A DNA stretch of 64,000 nt from an uncultured Clostridia bacterium (GCA_944381455.1 CALWLF010000057.1:15461-79460), one strand, 5' to 3'; positions 9,680 through 20,233 are shown, counted from the stretch's first letter. Program-made: numbers and translations. The notes: generated from the letters alone by a model not told the origin.

Positions 9680-9859
9680 GTAAATAGAATAAAAAAATAG
9701 AGGAAAAAATCAACTTTTTTTCAGTAAATGAAGACAGAAAATTTTTTTTGTTTTTTTTGCAAAAAAACCTTTTCATTTGTATTTTTTTATGATATACTGG
9801 TTCTACGTTTTTTTTAGAAAAACAAATGTATTTCATAAAGGGACAATGGAGGGGTAAGC

Positions 9860-11107
9860 ATGGACTTTACGTGGAAAGATGTGCAGGCAGTGGATCCAGA
9901 ATTGGCGCAGGTCATTGGAACAGAACTGAACCGGCAAAGAAAAAATATTGAGCTGATTGCATCAGAAAACTTTGTCTCCAAGGCAGTGATGGCGGCAATG
10001 GGTTCTCCGCTGACCAACAAATATGCCGAAGGTTATCCTGGAAAACGGTATTATGGCGGCTGCTATGCCGTAGACGTAGCCGAAGAATTGGCGATTAAAC
10101 GGGCAAAAGAACTGTTTGGCTGTGAGCATGCCAATGTGCAGCCGCATTCCGGGGCTTCGGCCAACCTTGGTGTTTATTTTGCCATGCTGGAGCCAGGCGA
10201 TACTATTTTGGGCATGAATCTGGCCCATGGCGGCCATTTAACCCACGGAAGCCCTGTGAACATTTCTGGAAAATATTTCCGTGTTGTGCCATACGGCGTG
10301 GATGAAACGGGTTTCATTGACTATGACGCGCTGGAACAGCTGGCAGTGGAACACAAACCAAAAATGATTGTGGCCGGAGCCAGTGCCTATGCCAGAACCA
10401 TTGATTTTGCCAGAATCAGCGAGATTGCCAAAAAAGTGGGCGCTTATTTGATGGTGGACATTGCCCATATTGCAGGGCTGGTGGTGGCTGGGCTTCATCC
10501 ATCTCCTGTGCCCTATGCCGATTTTGTAACGACCACCACCCACAAAACGCTGCGGGGCCCAAGAGGCGGCATGATTATGTGCAAAGAACAGTATGCAAAA
10601 GCCATTGATAAAGCTATTTTCCCCGGCATCCAGGGCGGTCCGCTGATGCACGTGATTGCAGCGAAAGCCGTTTGTTTCCAAGAGGCATTGCAGCCGGCGT
10701 ATAAGGAATATATGAAACAAGTGGTGAAAAATGCGTCCACATTGGCCAACGCCATGAAAGAAAAAGGATTTGACATTGTTTCCGGCGGCACCGACAACCA
10801 CCTGTTTTTGATGGACCTGCGCCCTGTGGGCCTGACGGGCAAAGCGGCAGAAAAAATGCTGGATGAAGTGGGCGTAACCTGCAACAAAAATGCCATTCCT
10901 TTTGATCCAGAAAGTCCGTTTATCACCAGCGGTGTGCGTATTGGCACGCCTGCTGTCACCAGCCGCGGCATGAAAGAAGCAGAAATGCTGGAAATTGCAG
11001 AAATCATCGCCATGACATTGAAAGACTTTGAAGGGAAGAAAGAAGAAGCGGCCAAACGGGTAGCTGCTTTGACGGAACGGTTCCCACTCTACCCAGAAGA
11101 AGCATAA
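9860..11107 (+). CDS. glyA: Serine hydroxymethyltransferase
   Basis: PLP-lysine motif [13 protein letters not shown]. Full-length SHMT. Confidence 0.97.
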   Translation: MDFTWKDVQAVDPELAQVIGTELNRQRKNIELIASENFVSKAVMAAMGSPLTNKYAEGYPGKRYYGGCYAVDVAEELAIKRAKELFGCEHANVQPHSGASANLGVYFAMLEPGDTILGMNLAHGGHLTHGSPVNISGKYFRVVPYGVDETGFIDYDALEQLAVEHKPKMIVAGASAYARTIDFARISEIAKKVGAYLMVDIAHIAGLVVAGLHPSPVPYADFVTTTTHKTLRGPRGGMIMCKEQYAKAIDKAIFPGIQGGPLMHVIAAKAVCFQEALQPAYKEYMKQVVKNASTLANAMKEKGFDIVSGGTDNHLFLMDLRPVGLTGKAAEKMLDEVGVTCNKNAIPFDPESPFITSGVRIGTPAVTSRGMKEAEMLEIAEIIAMTLKDFEGKKEEAAKRVAALTERFPLYPEEA

Positions 11108-11130
11108 GAAGAGGAAACGAGAGACAAAAA

Positions 11131-11171
11131 GCGTTTTCTGCCTGCGATAGGCGGCAGAAAGCGCTTTTTTT
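11131..11171 (+). terminator. Intrinsic terminator after glyA
   Basis: 12-bp stem gcgttttctgcc/ggcagaaagcgc plus T7. Confidence 0.7.
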
Positions 11172-11194
11172 GCTGTAAGAGCTTGTGCAGCGCC

Positions 11195-11224
11195 TTGACA
11201 AGGCGCCTTTGGCCATACTACAAT
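11195..11224 (+). promoter_or_regulatory. Promoter-like TTGACA-18-TACAAT
   Basis: The -35 is embedded in the palindrome gcgccttgacaaggcgc. Confidence 0.45.
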
Positions 11225-11261
11225 AACAAGAAAACGGGTTTTGAAAAGGAGAGGAACATCA

Positions 11262-12584
11262 TTGGTTTTGGAACTGATTGATCTGGTGGTGCTCTTTGTG
11301 TTGTATTGTTTTTCCAAGATGGTGGAGGCAGCCTTTTTGGAAGTCAACGCAAATAAGCTGCGGCTGGATGCAGAAGAAGGCGATGAAAAGGCCATTCGTC
11401 TTTGTGCTTATCTGGAAAAACAGGAGAAGCTGCTTTGTACCATCCGCCTGGTTTCCATTGTCTGCTGTTTTTTATTGATTTTAATTGTGCTGGAATATTT
11501 TTATGGGCCCTTTTGCAGCTGGATGGGGCAGTTTTGGAGCCATCCCTTTGGGGTGCGGCTGGTGTCGATGGTGGTGCTGGTGCTGGTTTCTTCGTTTTTT
11601 CTGCTGCTGTTTGGCAACTGTCTGCCGGAAAAATGGGGGCAAAACAACAGTGAGCGGGTGCTGCTTCATTCCCAAAGCCTGATGCGGGCGCTGATGGTGC
11701 TTTGTACGCCGTTTGTGGCGCTGGCACTGGGAATTTCGGCGTTGGTTGGCCAAGCTTGGGGCATCCGGGAAGAAGAAAACGAGGAACTGGTGACAGAAGA
11801 AGAAATCCGGATCATGGTGGATTCCAGCAAAGGAGAAGGCGCCATCGAAGAGACGGAAAAGGAAATGATCAACAATATTTTCGAGTTCAACAATACCATG
11901 GTGGGCGAAATTGCCACCCATCGAACCGATATTGTGGCCGTTCCCATTACGGCCTCGCTGGAGGACGTGATAGCGGTGGTGAAGGAAGAAAAGTTTTCCA
12001 GAATTCCGGTGTATGATGAAAACATTGACGACATCGTTGGTTTTTTCCGGGTGAAGGACTTGCTGAAGCTTTATATTGGGGAAAAGGACGGCAAGGAAGT
12101 GAAGTTTGGCGATATCATTTTGGAGCCGTATTATGTGCCTTTTTCCAAACCCATTGACCGATTGTTTCAAGATATGAAGCAAAATAAGGTGCAGATGGCC
12201 ATTGTCATTGATGAGTATGGCGGCACGGCAGGGATCGTGACCATGGAAGACTTGCTGGAAGAAATCGTGGGCAATATTTTTGACGAATCTGATGAGGAAG
12301 AGGAAGAAATCCGCATGATTGCCGACAGCCATTTTTTGGTGCTGGGGACGACGGCAGTGGAAGATGTGGAAGATGCGCTGGATGTGACGCTGGAAGACGG
12401 GGAAGAATATGACACCATTGGCGGCTATCTCATCAGCCGTCTGGGCCGGGTGCCCGATGACGGGGAGCGGCCGGTGGTTACCACAGGCCAGCTGGAATGG
12501 AAAGTGGAAACCATTGTGGATAAACGCATTGAGCTGTTGAAGGTGGTAAAAAAACAGCCAGAAGAAGAACAAGAAGAATCATAA
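11262..12584 (+). CDS. CNNM/HlyC-CorC family membrane protein (DUF21 + CBS pair + CorC_HlyC)
   Basis: N-terminal TM region, tandem CBS domains, C-terminal CorC/HlyC transporter-associated domain. Start TTG 11262 follows AGGAGAGG, but the start is uncertain. Confidence 0.85.
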   Translation: MVLELIDLVVLFVLYCFSKMVEAAFLEVNANKLRLDAEEGDEKAIRLCAYLEKQEKLLCTIRLVSIVCCFLLILIVLEYFYGPFCSWMGQFWSHPFGVRLVSMVVLVLVSSFFLLLFGNCLPEKWGQNNSERVLLHSQSLMRALMVLCTPFVALALGISALVGQAWGIREEENEELVTEEEIRIMVDSSKGEGAIEETEKEMINNIFEFNNTMVGEIATHRTDIVAVPITASLEDVIAVVKEEKFSRIPVYDENIDDIVGFFRVKDLLKLYIGEKDGKEVKFGDIILEPYYVPFSKPIDRLFQDMKQNKVQMAIVIDEYGGTAGIVTMEDLLEEIVGNIFDESDEEEEEIRMIADSHFLVLGTTAVEDVEDALDVTLEDGEEYDTIGGYLISRLGRVPDDGERPVVTTGQLEWKVETIVDKRIELLKVVKKQPEEEQEES

Positions 12585-12605
12585 CTGTAATTTTCTCAAC
12601 AAAAA

Positions 12606-12641
12606 ACGGTCTTTTCTAAACAGAAAAGGCCGTTTTTTTTT
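12606..12641. terminator. Bidirectional terminator between convergent genes
   Basis: Stem acggtcttttc/gaaaaggccgt flanked by an A-run and a T-run. Confidence 0.6.
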
Positions 12642-12678
12642 GGACCATTCAGAGATGGAAAATAGAAGCAAAACAAGG

Positions 12679-14469
12679 TTATCCATTTAATTTTTTCCAG
12701 AGGGTGCTGCGGCTGATGCCCAGCCGTTTGGCCGTACGGGACTGATTGCCTTTTTCTTCTTCCAGCACCAGGTGGATAATGTCAAGGGAAATTTCGTCCA
12801 AAGTGCGGGAAAGATCCAGCTGGATGGGGTTTGGCGCAAAGCTGCTGTTTTGGCTGGACTTACTGAGAACTTGGGCAACGTCTTCGGCGTTGATAAATTG
12901 ATGCTTGGCCGAAACCACCAGTTGTTTGAGCACCAGATTCAGCTGTGTGACGCCATAGTCCCAAGGGTAGCTTTGCAGCATCTGCATGGCCTCTGGCTCA
13001 AAGCCCACAATCTGCACCGGCATTTCTTGATTGATGGCCGTTAAAAAAGAGCGGCACAAGGCCGGAATATCTTCGCTGCGCTCATTTAAACTGGGCAGCA
13101 GTACAGGAATGGCAGAGAGCTGATGGAACAGTTCTTTGGAAAACAGATTGCTGGAAATCATATTTTGCATATTGCCGGAAAAGGTGGAAATGATTTTGTT
13201 GCGGGAGGTGAGCATGGAAGAAGTGATATAATAATTTAATTTGTTTTGCGCCTCCTTGGGCAGCAGATTTACCTTTTTCAGCAAAATCGTAACATTATTT
13301 TCAAATAAGGGCGAGCGCTCATCTTCAAACAGCCGCATCATGTTTTTTCCGTCTAAATAGCCGCAATCGATGGAGATGAGGGGGTTATTGGAAAATTTGC
13401 TGGCTGCATAGACAGCATAGGCAAAGGTGGTTTTTCCTGTGCCGCTTCCACCGTAAATCATCACCGGCAGCTTGCTTTTGTTCCATTTTTGCAGCTTTTC
13501 CCAACAGTCGCAAAGAACCATGTTGGATAAAATCAAAGAGGCGCTGTCTTTGGCTTCTTTTAACGGCACCACATCATAACAAGGCGCCTTTTTTTCTCCG
13601 CCATAGAGGGAGCGGCGGATGGTGAAAAGATAGCAGGTTTGGCCATCCATCAGGACGGTTTTCCCCTGGATGTTCCAGTCACTTTCTCCAATGCGCTCTA
13701 AAAAGCTGGCATTTTTCATTTGAGAGACGGCAGGGATAAGCCGCTGCAGCTGATGATGGATGGCGGCAGGAGCCTCATGATGAAACAAGTTGGAATAGAT
13801 GGTTTGGCCTGTGCCGTCCAGAAGGGCCACAGGTGTCTGGGATTGTTCCAACAGGGTGCGGAAAAAGTTTTTGTTGCGGTTATGGAGCCGGTCATGGCGG
13901 ATGATTTCAATGGCATCGTCAATGGCTTTTTCCATGCTTTCCCACCCGGAAGTAATCAATATGGTTTCAGCACCATAAGCCGATGCAAACTCCGTACAGG
14001 CGCCATCACCCATAAAAAGCCGCACGCCTTCTTGTTGATACAGCCGGCCGATGAGCTGGTTCATTTCCTCCGGTGTTGCAGGCGGTGCAGGCAGCAGAAG
14101 CTCTGTTTTCAATTCCAACAGTTCGCTTAAAAACTGTACATTTTGTCTTAAATCTAAATAAGTCACAAAAGCGGCCTTCTGGTATGGTCCATACTGGGCA
14201 AGTTTCAGCCCCCGCAGCAAATCATAGCCGGAAAAGTCCACATTGACCAGGGGCAAATCTGTTTCTTGTTGGAGCATCGTTCCTGTGCGTCCGCGGGAAA
14301 TAATGGCATCAAAGCCGGATAAATCCAGGGTTTTTAGAAGAGAAACTGCATCATCCAAACTGGCAGAATAGACTTCTGCCTCAACATTTGGCCGTTTTTC
14401 AATGGCGTTGAGCAAATACCCCTTGAAGCCTTCATAAGGGGCGATGCCTAATAATTTATATTGTTCCAT
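12679..14469 (-). CDS. PrpR-N / PAS-like / degenerate sigma-54-activator AAA+ / Fis-HTH transcriptional regulator
   Basis: PrpR_N-like N-terminus; Walker A GGSGTGKT; conserved ELFHQLS...LPSLNERSEDI block; C-terminal HTH_8 (SRTAKRLGISRSTLWKKL). GAFTGA and the Walker B DE pair are absent. Confidence 0.8.
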   Translation of the reverse strand: MEQYKLLGIAPYEGFKGYLLNAIEKRPNVEAEVYSASLDDAVSLLKTLDLSGFDAIISRGRTGTMLQQETDLPLVNVDFSGYDLLRGLKLAQYGPYQKAAFVTYLDLRQNVQFLSELLELKTELLLPAPPATPEEMNQLIGRLYQQEGVRLFMGDGACTEFASAYGAETILITSGWESMEKAIDDAIEIIRHDRLHNRNKNFFRTLLEQSQTPVALLDGTGQTIYSNLFHHEAPAAIHHQLQRLIPAVSQMKNASFLERIGESDWNIQGKTVLMDGQTCYLFTIRRSLYGGEKKAPCYDVVPLKEAKDSASLILSNMVLCDCWEKLQKWNKSKLPVMIYGGSGTGKTTFAYAVYAASKFSNNPLISIDCGYLDGKNMMRLFEDERSPLFENNVTILLKKVNLLPKEAQNKLNYYITSSMLTSRNKIISTFSGNMQNMISSNLFSKELFHQLSAIPVLLPSLNERSEDIPALCRSFLTAINQEMPVQIVGFEPEAMQMLQSYPWDYGVTQLNLVLKQLVVSAKHQFINAEDVAQVLSKSSQNSSFAPNPIQLDLSRTLDEISLDIIHLVLEEEKGNQSRTAKRLGISRSTLWKKLNG

Positions 14470-14650
14470 GGGATAACCTCGTTGTATTACTGTTCGATTT
14501 TTACAGTTCCATCATACCTCATTTCCAAAAAAAAACCAATCTTTTTTTCATATTGTTAAAAAAAACAACAGTCGCAAACAGTTTTTGCCTGCATAGAAAA
14601 GAGCAAAGAAGCCACCTTAACCATGAAATCAAGAAAGCAGGTGGAAAATA

Positions 14651-15892
14651 ATGGAACGCAGACGATTGTTATGGAAACGATTGTTGTGGATTGGAATGGG
14701 GCTGTGTGTGGCAATGGGGATTGCGGCAGGCTGGGTTTGGATGCAAATGCCAACCCAGTTTCATCTGGTGGCAGGAAGGGAAGAAGGTCAGCTGTTATCC
14801 TTTCCTTTCGCGGTGGAACAAAACCAAGACCAGGTGATGGTGTCGGAAGGCAGCCAGGCGCCTTTGGAAGAAAACATCGAAAAAACCCAAACTTATGACG
14901 CCACAATCACTTTTTTGGGCATCCCCATGAAAGAAGCGCAGGTGCATCTGGTGCCGGAAAGCCAGCTGCTGGCTGGAGGCAAGGTGGTGGGGATGGCGTT
15001 AAAAACAGAAGGGCTTTTGGTGCTTGGAACGGGCAAGGTCGAGACGAAGGAGGGAAAACAAGTCTGCCCGGCAGCGTCGCTGTTGGAAACGGGAGACATC
15101 ATTTTGCGCTGTAATGGCGTGGCCGTAGAAGAAAAAGAAGCCTTGGAAAAGGCCGTCAAAGAAAGCGGCGGAAAGGCTGTGGAGCTGTGGGTGCGCCAAA
15201 AAGAAGGAGAAAAGATGGTGACAGTGCAGCCGGTGACAGACCAGACAGGACAGTTTCGTCTTGGCATATGGGTGCGGGACAGTGCCCAGGGCCTGGGAAC
15301 GGTGACGTTTGTAGATCCTCTCAATGGCACCTTTGGCGCCTTGGGCCATGGTGTTTATGATGTGGATACGTCAGCCCTTCTTCCGGCAGAAGAAGGCGTT
15401 TTGACAGAAAGCAGCATTGTGGGCTATGCGCCGGGAGAAAGCGGAACACCAGGAGAAATGACCGGCGGGTTAAAAAAACAGCATCAGCTGGGAACCATCG
15501 AGAAAAATACAGAAGTGGGCGTCTATGGAACCGTGAAAAGCAGCGATTACTCTTTGCTTGTTTCCGACAGCTATCCCATTGCCTTTCGCCATGAGGTTAA
15601 AACGGGCAAGGCAGAGATTTTAACAGATGTGCTGGGCGAAGAGGTGGAGGCCTATGATGTGGAAATTACAAGCGTAAACCAAAACGGCTTGGCAGGCCAG
15701 ATGGGAATGGTGGTGCAGATTACGGATAAACGGCTGTTAGAAAGCACCGGCGGCATCATCCAGGGTATGAGCGGCAGTCCCATCATTCAAGATGGCAAGC
15801 TCATTGGCGCCGTTACCCATGTTTTTGTGAAAGATCCCACCAAAGGATATGGCATTTTTTTGGAAACCATGTTGGAAGAAGTGGCGGCCTAG
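14651..15892 (+). CDS. spoIVB: SpoIVB peptidase (S55) with PDZ domain
   Basis: N-terminal TM segment, PDZ domain, and the GALGHGV and GMSGSPI catalytic motifs. Confidence 0.9.
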   Translation: MERRRLLWKRLLWIGMGLCVAMGIAAGWVWMQMPTQFHLVAGREEGQLLSFPFAVEQNQDQVMVSEGSQAPLEENIEKTQTYDATITFLGIPMKEAQVHLVPESQLLAGGKVVGMALKTEGLLVLGTGKVETKEGKQVCPAASLLETGDIILRCNGVAVEEKEALEKAVKESGGKAVELWVRQKEGEKMVTVQPVTDQTGQFRLGIWVRDSAQGLGTVTFVDPLNGTFGALGHGVYDVDTSALLPAEEGVLTESSIVGYAPGESGTPGEMTGGLKKQHQLGTIEKNTEVGVYGTVKSSDYSLLVSDSYPIAFRHEVKTGKAEILTDVLGEEVEAYDVEITSVNQNGLAGQMGMVVQITDKRLLESTGGIIQGMSGSPIIQDGKLIGAVTHVFVKDPTKGYGIFLETMLEEVAA

Positions 15893-15927
15893 AAACTGGA
15901 ACCGGCCGCTTTCTGGCAAAAAAAAAG

Positions 15928-15971
15928 CAGGCTCCATTCCTTTTTTCATGGGAGGAATGGGCCTGTTTTTT
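15928..15971 (+). terminator. Intrinsic terminator after spoIVB
   Basis: Stem caggctccattcc/ggaatgggcctg plus T6. Confidence 0.65.
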
Positions 15972-16014
15972 GTAATAGAATGGAGATCCAAAGGCTGCTA
16001 GAGCTGGTGTACCC

Positions 16015-16854
16015 TTATGCGCCAAGGATGAAATTGTCGATCAATCTTGTTTTGCCAATGAAAACGGCCATGGCAGCCAAGTCGCCAGGTTTTGCCGTGG
16101 ATACAGGCTCCATGGAAATGCCGTCAACCACTTCCACATAGTCGATTCTAGCCAAAGGCTCGGCCAGGATCACTTCTTCCATGGCCTGTTTGATGATTGC
16201 AGCAGAGGTGGTGGCAGCGGAGGCGGCCTGTCCGGCTTTGACAGCGCGGCTTAAGCAAAGGGCGGCCTGCCGTTCTGCAGGGCTTAAATAGGTGTTCCGG
16301 GAAGATTTGGCCAGTCCGTCTGCTTCGCGCACAATGGGGCAGCCCACAATTTCCACATCAAAATTCAAGTCTGCCACCATTTTGCGGATGATGGCCAGCT
16401 GCTGGGCATCCTTTTGGCCAAAATAAGCCCGGTCGGGTGCGGCAATATGCAGCAGCTTGCTGACAACGGTGCAAACACCGCGGAAATGGATGGGGCGGGA
16501 TTTGCCGCAGAGGTGGTCGGAAAGATGGTTGATGTTGACATAGGTGCAGGCGTTTTGATACATTTCTTCCACCTGAGGATGGAAAATCAAATCGGCGCCC
16601 ATTTGGCTGCACAGGGCGCTGTCGTGGTCCAGATCCCTGGGATAAGCATCCAGGTCCTCGTTTTCGCCAAACTGGGTTGGATTGACAAAAATGGAAACGA
16701 TGACGATGTCATTGTCTTTTCTGGCCTGGGCCATGAGGCTTGCATGGCCTTCGTGGAGATAGCCCATGGTGGGCACAAGGCCGATGGTTTTTCCTTCTTT
16801 TTTCCATTGATGCACGCGGGCGCGCACTTCTGCTACGGTGCTTACGATGTCCAT
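16015..16854 (-). CDS. panC: Pantoate--beta-alanine ligase
   Basis: PTMGYLHEGH motif. Full-length PanC. Confidence 0.95.
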   Translation of the reverse strand: MDIVSTVAEVRARVHQWKKEGKTIGLVPTMGYLHEGHASLMAQARKDNDIVIVSIFVNPTQFGENEDLDAYPRDLDHDSALCSQMGADLIFHPQVEEMYQNACTYVNINHLSDHLCGKSRPIHFRGVCTVVSKLLHIAAPDRAYFGQKDAQQLAIIRKMVADLNFDVEIVGCPIVREADGLAKSSRNTYLSPAERQAALCLSRAVKAGQAASAATTSAAIIKQAMEEVILAEPLARIDYVEVVDGISMEPVSTAKPGDLAAMAVFIGKTRLIDNFILGA

Positions 16855-17006
16855 ATTCAGATCCCCCTTGTTGGATAACCGGAATCAACACTGTTTTCCC
16901 TTTTCCGGCCTAATTTGTACCGATTTTAGCACAATCGGCTTTTTTCAGCAAGAAAAATTGCCAAGTTGCTGGAAGCGGCAAAAATTGTATTTCACGACAA
17001 AGAGAG

Positions 17007-17061
17007 AAAAAAAAGTGCCGTTTTTTTGTCTTTTTTGATTGGAGAAAGACAAGAAAACGGC
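17007..17061 (-). terminator. Intrinsic terminator of the amidohydrolase gene
   Basis: About 17-bp imperfect stem gccgttttcttgtcttt/aaagacaaaaaaacggc, followed by T8 on the minus strand. Confidence 0.6.
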
Positions 17062-17133
17062 AAAAAAGAATAGCGTTATTGTAAAATTAAGAAAAAACTG
17101 GGAAAAATCAGATTCTTTCTTTGTGAAATATCA

Positions 17134-18426
17134 TCAATAGACTTGGCTTGTGGAAAACAGCTGCCGTGACAAACGGAACACGGCTTTTTGGATGGAAGGC
17201 AGATCCAGCGTCAAAAATGTTCCGTCTCGATAGAGCATTTGGCCATGGACCATGGTAAAGGCCACATTTTTGGGGTTTGCCGCATAGACGGCCGTTTGCA
17301 GCAGCTGGTTGGCGGGGGCCATATTTTCATCGGTCAGGCGCAGGGCAAACAAATCGGCCCGCTTGCCCACCTTTATCACGCCGCTATCCATGCGCCCCTG
17401 GGCATGAAAGCCGGTGGCGGTGGCCATGCGCAGGGCGTCTTTGGCGGTGAAGATGGTGGGATCTTGATGGAGGGCTTTTTGCAGCAGGCAGCTAAGGCGC
17501 AGATCGCCCAAAAGGTTGAGGGCATCGTTGGAGGAGGCGCCGTCGGTGCCCAGGCAAAGCAAAACACCGGCCTGCTGCAGGGCAGCCAGGTCTGCAATGC
17601 CGCTGCCCAGTTTACAGTTGGAAGCGGGGCAGTGACTGACAAAGACACGGTTTTTGGCCAAAATTGTCCGGTCCTCCTCGGTGAGGTGGACACAATGGGC
17701 CGCTGTCACCGGCAGATCAAACAGCCCCAGGCTTTCAAAATAGCGCACCGGTGTTTTTTGGTGGCGCGCAAGGCAGCCTGCCACCTCATCAGCCGTTTCT
17801 GAAAGATGCAGCTGCACCCGGGCCTGGTGTTTTTTTGCCAGGCCAATCAAAGCAAGGCAGCGCTCAGGCGTTGTGGTATATTCCGCATGGATGCAGAAGT
17901 CGATGGTCAGCCGCTGGGGACAGCGGTCCTGGTTGCGCAGATAAAAATCCTCCAATTCCTCCAGAGAAATGGAAAATCTGTTTTGAAGGGCTGGATCAAA
18001 GGCAAAGCCGTCTAAGGCCACATTGGCGCAGATGCCGCTTTCGACGACAGCCTGACAGACGGCGTCGCTGAAATAATACATATCGTGAAAGGAGGTGACG
18101 CCGCAGGAGAGCATTTCGGCAATGCCCAGCAAAGCGCCATAATAAACGGCTTCTTCTGTCAAATGGTTTTCGGCGGGGAAAATTTGGTTTTGCAGCCACT
18201 GCTGGAGGGGCAGATGGTCGCTTTGCCCCCGCAAAAGCGTCATGGGCACATGGCAATGGGTGTTGCAAAGGCCGGGCAGCAGCAGCAGGCCGCTGCCGTC
18301 AATTACCTCTTCTCCAGGGGCAGCGCTGAGGCAGCCAATGGCGGCAATGGTGTCGTTTTGGATAGAAATATCGGCTTGGGCAATGTCCATCTGTTCGGTG
18401 ACATAGTAAATGTGCGAAAGCAGCAT
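17134..18426 (-). CDS. Amidohydrolase, MtaD-like (5-methylthioadenosine/S-adenosylhomocysteine deaminase family)
   Basis: HxH metal motif NTHCHVPM and full-length similarity to the chlorohydrolase/deaminase family. Confidence 0.8.
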   Translation of the reverse strand: MLLSHIYYVTEQMDIAQADISIQNDTIAAIGCLSAAPGEEVIDGSGLLLLPGLCNTHCHVPMTLLRGQSDHLPLQQWLQNQIFPAENHLTEEAVYYGALLGIAEMLSCGVTSFHDMYYFSDAVCQAVVESGICANVALDGFAFDPALQNRFSISLEELEDFYLRNQDRCPQRLTIDFCIHAEYTTTPERCLALIGLAKKHQARVQLHLSETADEVAGCLARHQKTPVRYFESLGLFDLPVTAAHCVHLTEEDRTILAKNRVFVSHCPASNCKLGSGIADLAALQQAGVLLCLGTDGASSNDALNLLGDLRLSCLLQKALHQDPTIFTAKDALRMATATGFHAQGRMDSGVIKVGKRADLFALRLTDENMAPANQLLQTAVYAANPKNVAFTMVHGQMLYRDGTFLTLDLPSIQKAVFRLSRQLFSTSQVY

Positions 18427-18460
18427 CTGGGTGACCTCCTTTCAAACTCCAAAAGCAGTG

Positions 18461-20233
18461 TTATCCTTGGGCTGGGCGCATGGTTTCGGCCATGGCCCGG
18501 TCGGGTGTGACAAAAAAGGTTTGGTTTGTTTCATAGATGACCATGCCGGGCTTTGCACCGCTTGGTTTTTTCACAAACCGGCGCAGGCAGTAGTCCACGG
18601 GGACTTTGCTGCTGTCTTTGCCCTTGCTGTAAAAAGCGGCCAAGTTGGCGGCTTCCAATAAGGTCTGCTCAGGCACGGCTTCGGGGTGATTATCGGTTGC
18701 GATGATGACGTGGGAGCCGGGCAGGTTTTTGGTGTGCAGCCAGATATCGTTGGATTTAGCAAAGCGCAAGGTCAGCTCGTCATTTTGAAGATTGCTTTTT
18801 CCCACATAAATATGGTAGCCGTCGGAAGAGAGAAAGTGCATGGGGCGGGATTTTTTCTGGCGCTTGTCTTGTTTTTTGCCGCCTTTTTGCCGCAGGAACC
18901 CTTCGGCCGTCAGTTCGTCCCGGATATCCTTGAGGTCGGCTTCTTCGGTACAGGCATCAATGGCCACCAGCACCCCTTCCAGATAGGCCAGCTCCTTGTC
19001 GTTTTGTTCTTCCTGAATGGCCAACGCCGCCAGGGTACGCTTGGCCTTATTATATTTTTGGAAATACCGGGCGGCGTTTTCTGCTGGTGTCAGCGTGGGA
19101 TCCAGGGCAATTTCCACCTGGGGCATGGCTTCGTCATAAAAATTGACGGCCGAAAAGGTGGTGGCATTTTTGGGGATGGCATAGATATTGGCCGTAATCA
19201 GTTCTCCTTTGAGGCGCCACTTTTCCATGTTTTTATTGTCCTGGCGGGTGCGCAGCTGGATTTCTTTTTTCTTTACACACCGCTCGATATTGCTTTGCAC
19301 TAGGCGGCGCATATCATGGGCCTTTTGGCGGATATGGTACATGGTGTCCTTACGTCCGTAAAAGGCTTCCATGAGGGCGGAGATGGAAGAAAAATCTTCT
19401 GTTTTTCCGTTCCAGTTGGTGTAGGGCAGCGGGGAAAAATCGGCCGGCAGCCCCTGTTCGTCATAATAGAGAGCCGGGGCCCAGAGATGTTCCTTCACAT
19501 CGGCCATGAGGGCGCAAAAGGAAGCGGCCAAGGTGTTTTGCTGAAAATCGGTCAGTTCTTCCATCCGGGTTGCGCCGTACAAATCGGCTCGGGTGCAAAT
19601 TTCTGCGGCCAGGGCCGGGCTGATGCCGGTGAAGGATTGATAGATGGCTTTTTCGATGGTTTGCCCCTGTTTTTCAGACAAGATGGATAAAAAGGCGGAA
19701 GGTGTTGCCGAAAGGCCGTCTGCTTTATTTTGGGAGGGAGGCAGCTGATAGGTCTTTCCCGGCAAAACTTCTCTTACGGAGCTGATTTCGTGGGTGACGT
19801 GCTTGATGGAGTCCAGGATGAGCCCCGTCTGCTTGTCCACCAAAATCAAATTGGAATATTTGCCCATCACCTCCAGCACCAGGGTTTTTTCGGCCACATC
19901 GCCCATTTCGTTGCGGCCTTCCGTTTCTAAAAACAAAATGCGCTCACAGCCGGGCTGATGAATGGCAGTGATTTTGTTGCCCGACAGATGTTTTCGCAGC
20001 ACCATGCAAAACATGGGGGCCTGTAAGGGATTTTCTTTGCCTAGGGCAGCAATTTGGGCCCGGGGGTGGCTGGCAGAAGCAGAAAGCAGCAGCCGGTAAT
20101 TGGTGCCAAAACAGCGGATGGTCATGGAAATTTCGTCTTTTTGCGGTTGATGGATTTTATCAATGCGGCCGCCGGTGAGCAGCCGGGATAGTTCGTCGGT
20201 GATGCAGCGCATGGTGATGCCGTCTAATGCCAT
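18461..20233 (-). CDS. rqcH: Ribosome quality-control NFACT protein (RqcH / FbpA family)
   Basis: NFACT-N start MALDGITMRCITDEL and NFACT-R (WLHTKNLPGSHVII). Start reset to ATG 20233, which has an AAAGGAG RBS. Confidence 0.88.
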   Translation of the reverse strand: MALDGITMRCITDELSRLLTGGRIDKIHQPQKDEISMTIRCFGTNYRLLLSASASHPRAQIAALGKENPLQAPMFCMVLRKHLSGNKITAIHQPGCERILFLETEGRNEMGDVAEKTLVLEVMGKYSNLILVDKQTGLILDSIKHVTHEISSVREVLPGKTYQLPPSQNKADGLSATPSAFLSILSEKQGQTIEKAIYQSFTGISPALAAEICTRADLYGATRMEELTDFQQNTLAASFCALMADVKEHLWAPALYYDEQGLPADFSPLPYTNWNGKTEDFSSISALMEAFYGRKDTMYHIRQKAHDMRRLVQSNIERCVKKKEIQLRTRQDNKNMEKWRLKGELITANIYAIPKNATTFSAVNFYDEAMPQVEIALDPTLTPAENAARYFQKYNKAKRTLAALAIQEEQNDKELAYLEGVLVAIDACTEEADLKDIRDELTAEGFLRQKGGKKQDKRQKKSRPMHFLSSDGYHIYVGKSNLQNDELTLRFAKSNDIWLHTKNLPGSHVIIATDNHPEAVPEQTLLEAANLAAFYSKGKDSSKVPVDYCLRRFVKKPSGAKPGMVIYETNQTFFVTPDRAMAETMRPAQG

